From Polyangiales bacterium (GTDB lineage Bacteria > Myxococcota_A > Polyangia > Polyangiales > Houyiibacteriaceae): a stretch of 12,918 nt of DNA. Of this stretch, positions 1 to 6,926 are shown piece by piece. The stretch spans positions 1-12,918 of the forward strand of contig JBGCFM010000266.1 in NCBI GenBank assembly GCA_045106895.1. Direction: 5' to 3'. The stretch's first letter is position 1. The number at the start of each line of letters is the position of its first letter. The notes beneath the pieces were generated by a model. It searched no databases and was not told the origin of the DNA. It worked only from the letters and a program-made list of their open reading frames with translations. Position numbers and translations under genes: made by a program.

Positions 1-948
1 GCGCTCTCGAAGATGGACTTCATGGTCAGCGTCGACCCCTACCTGAACGAGACGACGCGCCACGCGAACTTGATCTTGCCGCCGTGCTCGCCCCTCGAGC
101 GTCCGCACTACGACCTCGTCTTCAACGCCCTCGCGGTGCGAAACGTCGCCAACTACTCGCCGCCTCTCTTCGAGACCGACGCGCCTCACGACGGCAACAT
201 CATCATCGGCATCCTTCGTCGCGTCTGCGAGCAGCGTCATGGACGCCTTCACCCCACGACGCTCAAGGTCCGCGCCCTTGAGCACACGCCCGTCGAACGA
301 CTCTTGGACGTCGGCCTGCGACTTGGACCCTACGGCGCCGGCGTCGCTGGTTTCAAACCGCGACGCATCGGCAAACGCGAGCTGGGCCCCAAAGGAAAGC
401 TCAGTCTTCGCTACCTCAAGGACCACCCCCACGGCGTGGACCTCGGGCCTCTGACTCCGGCGTTCCCTGATCGCGCTCCGACCGGTCGCATCCAGATCGC
501 GCCGGAAATCTACGGACAAGACCTCGCGCGCCTCACCGAGGAGGAGAGCAAGGTTGGCACCGGCATGCGGCTCATCGGTCGCCGCCAGCTCCGCAGCAAC
601 AACTCCTGGATGCACAACCTCCCTTCGCTGATGAAGGGCCGGCCTCGCTGCACGCTCCTGATGCACCCCACCGACGCGGAGCGCCTCGGCATCTCCACCG
701 GTGATGAAGCGAAGATTGAGACGGACGTCGGCGAAGCGCAGGTCCCGGTGCAGGTGAGCGACGAGATCATGCCCGGCGTAGTGAGCTTGCCCCACGGCTT
801 CGGTCATCGGCGAAAGGGCACGCGTCTTCGCGTGGCCGAAGAGCACGCCGGCGTGAGTCTGAACGACCTGACGAACCCCGCGCTCATCGATGCGCTTACG
901 GGGAACGCGGTTCTCAACGGCGTCCCGGTCCGCGTCAAGAGCGCTTAG
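1..948 (+). CDS. Molybdopterin (bis-MGD) oxidoreductase, BisC/FdhF-like family, C-terminal part (5'-truncated by window edge)
   Basis: Frame is open from base 1 (ALSKMDF...). Motifs VSVDPYLNETTRHANLILP, GRRQLRSNNSWMHN, LLMHPTDAERLGI, IMPGVVSLPHGFGH and LNGVPV match a molybdopterin oxidoreductase with a C-terminal dinucleotide-binding domain. TAG at 946-948. Confidence 0.92.
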   Translation, partial: ALSKMDFMVSVDPYLNETTRHANLILPPCSPLERPHYDLVFNALAVRNVANYSPPLFETDAPHDGNIIIGILRRVCEQRHGRLHPTTLKVRALEHTPVERLLDVGLRLGPYGAGVAGFKPRRIGKRELGPKGKLSLRYLKDHPHGVDLGPLTPAFPDRAPTGRIQIAPEIYGQDLARLTEEESKVGTGMRLIGRRQLRSNNSWMHNLPSLMKGRPRCTLLMHPTDAERLGISTGDEAKIETDVGEAQVPVQVSDEIMPGVVSLPHGFGHRRKGTRLRVAEEHAGVSLNDLTNPALIDALTGNAVLNGVPVRVKSA

Positions 949-962
949 CGGCCGTCGCCGGG

Positions 963-1004
963 AAAAAAGAAACCCCACGAGCGCATTCGCTCGCGGGGTT
1001 CTTT
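963..1004 (-). terminator. Rho-independent terminator between convergent genes (best on minus strand, possibly bidirectional)
   Basis: Minus-strand RNA reads AACCCCGCGAGCG-AAUG-CGCUCGUGGGGUU-UCUUUUUU: a 13-bp stem with one G.U pair, then a U-tract. On the plus strand the same stem has an A.C mismatch and a shorter TTCTTT tail. Confidence 0.9.
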
Positions 1005-1020
1005 CGAAGGTCCCTCGCCG

Positions 1021-2607
1021 CTATGGAGCAACGATGGTTTCGTCTCGGCCGAGGTCCGTAGTGATCTGAATCTCGTCGCCGCTGGAAGCGGCAAAAGGAG
1101 CAGAGAAGCTACCGTCGGAAGCCGCTGTCGTCGTTGCCGTAGCAGTCGTCGCTGCGTTCGTGAGGGTGACTTCAGCGAAGGGAGCTACGGTGCCGGCGGG
1201 CCCGCTGACCGCCCCAGCGTTGAAGTAGCCAACAACGGATGCGATTTCCGTAGCGGTCAGACCCGCGAAGTACTCAGCGGGGAACGTCGTCAAGACGAGG
1301 TCCATCTCCTCCGCCAGGCTGTCCATGTCGAAGTCGGTGGAGTTCTGGAAGCCAAAGTGGACGATGGACACCGTCGCGCCGGCGGGGATGGTCACGCTTG
1401 CGAATGTGTATTCGACGTCATCCTCATCTAGAACGGCTGTGGCACCGGGGTAGAGGAAGCCGAGAGCGGGGTCGCCGCCACCGCCATCTTCAACGCTCGT
1501 GTGAAAGCTTGCGTTGGATGGCCCAAATACCTCGTCACCGTCGGATCCGAGGTTGCCCGCGATGACCACGTCGACGGTGATGTCGTCGGCAGTGGTGTTG
1601 GTGAGTACCTCCAAGAAGCGCGCGAAACGGCCGGTCTCAGGAATGTAGATTTTGCGTGAGACCGTGAGTCCAATCTCGCCGCCGAGGTCTGCGACGTCCG
1701 GGAATACGACCTCTCGCCCATCCTCCGTCGCAGCGTCAGCGGCGAGAGCGTTTGGGTAGGTATCACCGTTGACGGTGAGCTCGAACATCCCGTCGTAGGA
1801 GTCGTCGGTTCCGTCGCTCATCTCTCCGTTGCTGCGGATGTCCCAGACCTCGTCGTTCTCTAGCTCAAAATTGAACGCGTCCACGACGCCCGCGGCGTCC
1901 GCTGGTGCGTCCGGCGCAGGTGCCGGGGGCACGGCGATGGCAGGGTCGCTTCCCGAAGCGTCGGCGATGGCTTCGCCGACGTCGATGCGTACCTGTTCGA
2001 CGACGGCGTCGAGGTCACCGAGGTCCGTGGCGGCCATGGTCAGAGCGGTGTCCGCGGCGCTCACGAGATCGTCGATCTCATCGTTGCTGTAGTCGGACAA
2101 GCCGACGCCGTCTCCGCTTGTTTCTACAATCTGCGCGACGATGGAAGCGACGCCGGTGGTGGCGGGCGTGACGTCCTGGTTATCGCTGACGGCGAAGGCG
2201 ACGAGGTCGCCGCTGTCGCTGCTCGCCGTGAGGCTGAGCCGAGAGCTTGCAGCCACGGGATTGATGAGATCCATCGAGAAGTCACCCGCAGCATCGGCAT
2301 CCACGGCAGCGAGGGCGCCGAGAGGGTCACCGTCATCATTGAGGGCCCCAAGCACGACGAAGGACCCGTCCACGGCACCTGCGCCATCGGACACGGTGCC
2401 AGCGAATGTAGTCGTCATGAGAGCGGTGCCGTCCATGCCGTCCACGCCGTCCGTGCCGTCCGTGCCGTCCACGCCGTCCGTGCCGTCCACGCCATCCGTG
2501 CCGTTCACACCGTCCATTCCATCGGCGCCAGCGGGTCCGGCGCTGCCGTCACTACCGCAGCCGAAGCCGAGAGCACAAACCAAGCATAAACCTAATAATC
2601 TTCTCAT
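1021..2607 (-). CDS. Acidic surface lipoprotein with N-terminal collagen-like Gly-X-Y repeat and probable Ig-like/beta-sandwich domains
   Basis: Signal peptide MRRLLGLCLVCALGFG-C17 with a lipobox-like end. 15 Gly-X-Y triplets follow the Cys. Purine-rich RBS (AGAAGGGGAAG) upstream and a terminator downstream. Asp/Glu/Thr/Ala-rich, with one Lys in 528 aa. Confidence 0.85.
   Translation of the reverse strand: MRRLLGLCLVCALGFGCGSDGSAGPAGADGMDGVNGTDGVDGTDGVDGTDGTDGVDGMDGTALMTTTFAGTVSDGAGAVDGSFVVLGALNDDGDPLGALAAVDADAAGDFSMDLINPVAASSRLSLTASSDSGDLVAFAVSDNQDVTPATTGVASIVAQIVETSGDGVGLSDYSNDEIDDLVSAADTALTMAATDLGDLDAVVEQVRIDVGEAIADASGSDPAIAVPPAPAPDAPADAAGVVDAFNFELENDEVWDIRSNGEMSDGTDDSYDGMFELTVNGDTYPNALAADAATEDGREVVFPDVADLGGEIGLTVSRKIYIPETGRFARFLEVLTNTTADDITVDVVIAGNLGSDGDEVFGPSNASFHTSVEDGGGGDPALGFLYPGATAVLDEDDVEYTFASVTIPAGATVSIVHFGFQNSTDFDMDSLAEEMDLVLTTFPAEYFAGLTATEIASVVGYFNAGAVSGPAGTVAPFAEVTLTNAATTATATTTAASDGSFSAPFAASSGDEIQITTDLGRDETIVAP
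2422..2556 (-). repeat. Coding tandem repeat with a 9-bp period (plus-strand units such as GCCGTCCGT/GCCGTCCAC) encoding collagen-like G-x-D triplets
   Basis: Translation GSD GSA GPA GAD GMD GVN GTD GVD GTD GVD GTD GTD GVD GMD GTA. The repeat is visible in the DNA at ~2428-2520. Confidence 0.9.
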
Positions 2608-2775
2608 TGATTCTTCCCCTTCTAGGCGCGAGCAACTCGCATAAGTGCGCAGTATATATTCAAAAATGCGTCCATGCTAAAAAATGATCGCGAATGTAAA
2701 GTTAAGTTTGGATGTACTGGGCTTGGCGTCGATGAAGGAGACGTACGCCGGGATCATGCCTATAGTCCCCGGGAC
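2608..2775. promoter_or_regulatory. AT-rich divergent promoter region (lipoprotein gene / hypothetical gene)
   Basis: AT-rich at 2641-2710 within a GC-rich window. Minus-strand TTAGCA-N18-TATACT (2680-2675, 2656-2651) lies upstream of the 2607 start. Plus-strand TATAGT at 2761-2766 lies upstream of ATG 2776. AAAAATG is repeated at 2662 and 2680. Confidence 0.55.
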
Positions 2776-3624
2776 ATGTCAGACGACGCCCTCCGCTTCC
2801 TCGCCCTCGTCCGCAAAGAGCTCGGTGCTCGCGATGCCCGGCTCCAACTTGGTGGCGAGGTAGACGAACATGCCCTCGTTCATAGCCTCGAGGCCTTCGA
2901 CGTCGTCGTGCTCTTTGACGAGGCCCCGGACGAGAGCGGGCGTATTGAGCTCCTCGCCCGCCTCGCAACGCTCATTGAGACCTTCGTACAGACCCTCGAG
3001 GAGGTCGCCGCGCCGGTCTTCCACAAGACGAACCACACGCGTACCGCCCTCGACGAAGCCCTCGAGGTTCTCATGGGCCAGGCGCATGCGCAGACGGCCT
3101 TCGTCGTCGACGACCACTCCCCGGAGATCTGGGGCTGCACTTTTGATCCACGGGGCCCAGAGAACTTAGACCAGGCCCGCGCCCTCATCGAGGTCGGCGC
3201 GCTCCTCGAGGGACGCGACTTCCCGAAGATGCTCGCCGAGGCGGAAGGCCTGAAGGAGGTCGATGCCGCCCTTCGCCAGCGAATCGAGGGGTTTCGTAGC
3301 GTCGCCGGAGATCGAACGCTCCGTGAGTGGACCACGCGCCTCCGTGCCTTCGACGCCATGGTTCATGTACGCCAGGAGCTCGAGCCGAACTCGGGCCGCA
3401 CACGAAATGTGCGCCATGAAGCGAGCGGTCCTTGTATCGCCCGCTCCTTTGGCGGCGCCTACCACTTGGTCCTCGTCTTTGAAGCCGTGGACTTCTCGGA
3501 GCTTCACGCCGAAGCGGCGATGATCCACGCGCTGCCGTGGATCGCTAAGCTCACGGGCGCGTTGCCGCCTGTGGATCCCGGTGGCGGGCGCGTGCTGAAG
3601 ATGCGTCACCTGCGACCCGTCTGA
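2776..3624 (+). CDS. Hypothetical protein (~282 aa), possibly with a Roadblock/GAF-like alpha-beta sensory fold
   Basis: Strong GC3 codon bias begins at ATG 2776 (MSDDALRF...); the ORF-track extension to 2674 runs through AT-rich intergenic DNA. The segment ALDEALEVLMGQAHAQTAFVVDDHSPEIWG resembles the helix-strand start of Roadblock/GAF-like domains (inference). Confidence 0.7.
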   Translation: MSDDALRFLALVRKELGARDARLQLGGEVDEHALVHSLEAFDVVVLFDEAPDESGRIELLARLATLIETFVQTLEEVAAPVFHKTNHTRTALDEALEVLMGQAHAQTAFVVDDHSPEIWGCTFDPRGPENLDQARALIEVGALLEGRDFPKMLAEAEGLKEVDAALRQRIEGFRSVAGDRTLREWTTRLRAFDAMVHVRQELEPNSGRTRNVRHEASGPCIARSFGGAYHLVLVFEAVDFSELHAEAAMIHALPWIAKLTGALPPVDPGGGRVLKMRHLRPV

Positions 3625-3648
3625 GGCCCGCAGGCAGCGCCTTGCCAA

Positions 3649-3669
3649 CCCAGGCTTGCGAAGCCTGGG
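3649..3669. other. Perfect 9-bp inverted repeat (CCCAGGCTT-GCG-AAGCCTGGG); hairpin or operator between two co-oriented genes
   Basis: Lies 24 nt after the TGA at 3624 and 22 nt before ATG 3692. There is no U-tract, so it is not a classical intrinsic terminator. Confidence 0.5.
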
Positions 3670-3691
3670 CGCGTGGCGCAACCTCCGCACC

Positions 3692-4531
3692 ATGGCCCTC
3701 AACCTCGACTCCGTTGGCAAGACCACCGCCGCTCTCATCCACGAATACAACTGGAAGGACGTGGCGCTCTACGCCCTTGGCTGCGGCGCAACGAAGAAGG
3801 ACGAGCTGGACTTTCTCTTTGAAGGTCGAGGCCCCAAAGTGCTCCCCACCTACGCCGTCGTGCCGACCTTCCCGGTCTGCGCGGAGCTCTTCGAGATGAC
3901 CGGCGGCGACATGCTCGGCATCGTCCACGGCTCTCAGGAGATCAAACTCCACAAGCCCTTCGCGCCGGCCGGCAAGCTCACCACCGTCGGCAAAGTGGAG
4001 GGCGTCTACGACCTCAAGCGAATGGCTCAGGCGTTCTTCACCACGGAGACGCGTGACGAGAGCGGTGAGCTCGTGTGCGAGACCAAGTGGGGCATCATCT
4101 TCCGCCTCGACGGAGGCTTCGACGGACCGCGTCCACCGAAGACCGAGAAACACCGCACGCCAGAGCGCGAGCCGGACTTTGTCGTGGAAGAGAAGACCAG
4201 CCCCGAGCAGGCGCTCCTCTACCGCCTCAGCGGCGACCTCAACCCGCTCCACGCGGACCCCGCCATCGGCGAGAAAGCGGGCTTCGGCGAGCCGATCCTC
4301 CACGGCCTCTGCACCTTTGGCTACGCAGGCCGCGCCGTCATCGCCGAGTGCTGCGAAGGCGACCCCTCGGGTCTCGTTTCCCTCAGCGGTCAGTTTCGGC
4401 GGCCCGTGTGGCCCGGTGACACGCTCATCACGAGCGGATGGCGCGAGGACAAGCGAGTCATTCTGCAGACGCGCACGGCGGAGCGTCCGGAAGAGATGTC
4501 CTTCACGAACGCCCAAGCGACGCTTCGTTAG
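3692..4531 (+). CDS. Double-hotdog MaoC-family (R)-specific enoyl-CoA hydratase (hydratase-2 / MFE-2-like)
   Basis: Hydratase-2 motif YRLSGDLNPLHADP followed by PILHGLCTFG. N-terminal KDVALYALGCGA, VLPTYAV and IVHGSQEI; C-terminal FRRPVWPGDTL. Start assigned to ATG 3692 (MALNLD). Confidence 0.93.
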   Translation: MALNLDSVGKTTAALIHEYNWKDVALYALGCGATKKDELDFLFEGRGPKVLPTYAVVPTFPVCAELFEMTGGDMLGIVHGSQEIKLHKPFAPAGKLTTVGKVEGVYDLKRMAQAFFTTETRDESGELVCETKWGIIFRLDGGFDGPRPPKTEKHRTPEREPDFVVEEKTSPEQALLYRLSGDLNPLHADPAIGEKAGFGEPILHGLCTFGYAGRAVIAECCEGDPSGLVSLSGQFRRPVWPGDTLITSGWREDKRVILQTRTAERPEEMSFTNAQATLR

Positions 4532-4544
4532 GATTCGGGTCCGC

Positions 4545-4925
4545 TCACTTCTTCGCGTAGGTCAGCGCATCTGTGATGCAGGCCTTCAGCGCATCCACCG
4601 GAATCGCTTCGTCGAGTGGCATCACGATGGCTCGGTTTCCCTCGAAGCGCAGCGCATCGCCGAACTGCGCGCGGAAGCCTTCCACGAGAGTGGTCGTGCA
4701 GATGAAGTACATGGCGCAGACCTCCGGCGTCTTGGCTTTCCAGCCGAGACGAATGGTGCTGCCCGACTTCGTCTTGGTCAGAAAGGCCGGCTCGCCCCAC
4801 TTGAGCGTCTCGACGAGCTCAAGCTCGAGTTCCGCGGCGGTCTCGGTGATCAACGTGCGGAGCGCCTGCACGCGCGCGCGGGCCGGCGCCGGGTAGCTCT
4901 CTATCACTTCGTGCGGGGTATCCAT
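4545..4925 (-). CDS. DUF1801 (YdhG-like) domain protein
   Basis: 126 aa with LRTLITETA, ETLKWGEPAF, STIRLGWK, YFICTTTLVEGFR, FEGNRAIV and ALKACITDALTY, the typical pattern of this family. Confidence 0.88.
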   Translation of the reverse strand: MDTPHEVIESYPAPARARVQALRTLITETAAELELELVETLKWGEPAFLTKTKSGSTIRLGWKAKTPEVCAMYFICTTTLVEGFRAQFGDALRFEGNRAIVMPLDEAIPVDALKACITDALTYAKK

Positions 4926-5012
4926 GGCCTCAGTCTAGGGTGTGACGAAGACCCGTTTTGACATTCTGTGCGAAAGTCAGAGTCTCGATTGGCATCACTG
5001 GTTCCCCACGAG

Positions 5013-5363
5013 CTACTCAGGGAGAAGAACGAGATCCCCGACGGCCACGCGCGCAAGCTCCGCCCGGGTCTCCACGCCGAGCTTGCGATAGATCGTCTTG
5101 ATGTGGGAGCGAACCGTTTCATTTCCGACGCCTAGTTCTTTCGCGATGGCGTGAGTAGTCATGCCCAACGCGGCGAGTTTCGCGGTCTCGCGCTGCCGGG
5201 GGGAGAGTGTTTTGAAGGGGTCCGCGGTGTCGTGACGATGCTCTAGGTGCAGCTCGTATTCACCGCCTTCGCCTTCGAGCCGAATCACCTCGACGTTTGC
5301 GGCGGGCGCTTCGGCGGTGCTCCAGGTCTCTTGCGAGCTCAGGTGTTTTAGCTTGGCCTTCAT
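5013..5363 (-). CDS. Small LuxR/CsgD-type helix-turn-helix regulator (no receiver or AHL-binding domain)
   Basis: C-terminal LSPRQRETAKLAALGMTTHAIAKELGVGNETVRSHIKTIYRKLGVETRAEL is a LuxR HTH, with only ~50 aa N-terminal to it. ATGA overlap with the hydrolase stop at 5360-5363. Confidence 0.88.
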   Translation of the reverse strand: MKAKLKHLSSQETWSTAEAPAANVEVIRLEGEGGEYELHLEHRHDTADPFKTLSPRQRETAKLAALGMTTHAIAKELGVGNETVRSHIKTIYRKLGVETRAELARVAVGDLVLLPE

Positions 5364-6106
5364 AACGTAGCCAGCGCACCACCGGACCAGGCGAAGACAC
5401 GTTCGCGCGCTTCGTGGAGGACCAAGTGGCCAGCCTCCCAGACAACCTCGAGTTCGCTCTCTGGCGCGGCGTCGCGAATCGCTTCGCTCAGGATCATCGG
5501 CGTCGCCGCGTCGAGCTCGCCCACGAGAATACGAATGGGTACGTCGATGTTGCGGAGCTTGCTTCGCAGATCAGGAGCGCCCGTCAGGGAGCGAACATCC
5601 GCGGCGATGACCTCCGCTGATGCGGCCTTGAGGTATGCAGCGACGACCCGTCGGCACTTCTCAGCGTTCTTCTTGGCGTAGGTCGGCGAGAACCATAGGC
5701 CGACGAGCGTGTCGGTGAGATCGACACCCTGTTCAAGAGCGCTGGCCGCTTGGTTGAGGCCTTCGGCCATCTCAGCTTCGAGATGCGCGAAGCCACCGAT
5801 GCTCAGGACGCCGGACAAAGAAGCGCCGTTCGCGGCCAAGGCTAAGGCTCGATAGGCGCCGCCGGATACGCCCAGGAGGACAGGGCGCTCAAGCGCATCG
5901 ACGTAGAGTCGCAGCAGGTCGTTCGCTTGGTTCCAGTCGAAGTCTTGCACCGAGTGCCCATACCCGGGCATCGCGACGCGATGAACTTCTGCGTGGAGCG
6001 CCAAGAACGTACACATCTCGTCCAGGTCGCGTGGATCTTGAGGCGACCCGTGAAGAACGACGAGGGGTCTGCCTTGTCCCGATGTCCTGACCTCAAGCTT
6101 GGGCAT
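5360..6106 (-). CDS. Alpha/beta-fold hydrolase (PcaD/MenH-like); alternative start at 6142
   Basis: Oxyanion motif VLHGSP, MPGYGHS, nucleophile elbow GVSGG (G-x-S-x-G), acid motif VGELDAATP and His motif AGHL give a complete Ser-Asp-His triad. GAGG precedes ATG 6106. Confidence 0.9.
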   Translation of the reverse strand: MPKLEVRTSGQGRPLVVLHGSPQDPRDLDEMCTFLALHAEVHRVAMPGYGHSVQDFDWNQANDLLRLYVDALERPVLLGVSGGAYRALALAANGASLSGVLSIGGFAHLEAEMAEGLNQAASALEQGVDLTDTLVGLWFSPTYAKKNAEKCRRVVAAYLKAASAEVIAADVRSLTGAPDLRSKLRNIDVPIRILVGELDAATPMILSEAIRDAAPESELEVVWEAGHLVLHEARERVFAWSGGALATL

Positions 6107-6366
6107 CTCGGCCTCTTGAGTTCCCAGCATCACGATGGGCATGTTCTCGGCCGAGAAGACGACGCTTTTCCGGCGTCAAAACGCTGGTAAGGGAGCTCAA
6201 GCTCCTCGCGAAATCCCGGGCCCCCATGGCGCTAATCGTATCATGTGGTCCGTCAGTCGCGAGTTTCGCAACGTGGCGGGAAACCTCAATACCCGAGAGG
6301 TTTTCGTGTCGGATGCACTCGCACATCCGAAAGGGTGAGAGCCGAAACCATGTGAAAGTGACCCAC

Positions 6367-6396
6367 GTGTTTCGAACCCCGGTGTTTCGAACCCCG
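6367..6396. repeat. Perfect tandem direct repeat, 2 x 15 bp (GTGTTTCGAACCCCG)
   Basis: 6367-6381 and 6382-6396 are identical; each contains the palindrome TTCGAA. Confidence 0.9.
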
Positions 6397-6486
6397 TCGT
6401 CCTCATGAACGACGATGGCGCGTTTGGTCCGTCGCTAGTTCCTTCGGGGGACTTCGTGAACCGGGATCGTTTTTTATGATGAAGGG

Positions 6487-6915
6487 ATGACGCGCTCTCT
6501 TCCCAGCACGAACCTGCGCGAGCGCGCAGCCGTGCATCAGGGTGCTTCAGTGCCTGCCACGGCGTTCGGTGGAGGCGTGATTCAGGAGACGTGTCGCGGA
6601 ACACCAAGAGCCTACGACGTGTTCTACAGGTTCTCCGTGACACCAAGGGGCGTGAGCGTCGCGACTCTCGAGACCCTTCGTCTGCCGTCCGCCGCGCGAA
6701 CCGACGGGCCCCACTCCATGTTTTTCAATCCGGCGATCAGTGGCGCATCGGGTGGCTTTTGTCACGCCTACCTTCAAGTGGACTGGCTTCACGCTGTCTT
6801 GCTGGGGACTCGTGTCCGAAGACCCAAGGCGCGCAAGTCACGCTTCCGAAGGTTCAGTCGTCGGCCCTATCAGCTTCCGGATTCGTCGGATCGCTCGACT
6901 ACCGAGCAGCGCTAG
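6487..6915 (+). CDS. Possible hypothetical protein (142 aa, basic C-terminal tail); uncertain
   Basis: Fills the gap and stops 11 bp from the convergent LuxR stop (6927). Purine run GATGAAGGG immediately precedes the ATG. No recognisable motif and weak codon bias. Confidence 0.3.
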   Translation: MTRSLPSTNLRERAAVHQGASVPATAFGGGVIQETCRGTPRAYDVFYRFSVTPRGVSVATLETLRLPSAARTDGPHSMFFNPAISGASGGFCHAYLQVDWLHAVLLGTRVRRPKARKSRFRRFSRRPYQLPDSSDRSTTEQR

Positions 6916-6926
6916 GTACAGCTCGA

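Noticed and set aside
3674..3689. TGGCGC-N-CCGCA as a sigma54 -24/-12 promoter
   Set aside because: GG-N10-GC spacing fits, but TTGC is absent and the start codon is only 3 nt after the GC, so transcription would start inside the gene.
4958..4963. Perfect TTGACA -35 box on the plus strand
   Set aside because: No -10 box at 16-18 nt spacing, and it would point antisense into the mini-LuxR gene.
6339..6375. GAGCCG...GTGAAAGT...CACGT resembling group II intron domain V
   Set aside because: The AGC triad has no complementary 3' arm (no CGGTTC/CGGCTC), the spacing does not fit domain V, and there is no domain VI or RT/maturase ORF.
6367..6396. GTTTC-containing repeat as a CRISPR array
   Set aside because: Only two 15-bp units, directly adjacent with no spacer, and no cas genes in the window.
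6107..6486. Retron msr-msd, hammerhead ribozyme or tRNA in the structured region
   Set aside because: No reverse transcriptase is in the window, I found no CUGANGA core on either strand, and the TTCGAAC sequences lack a paired T-stem and cloverleaf context.
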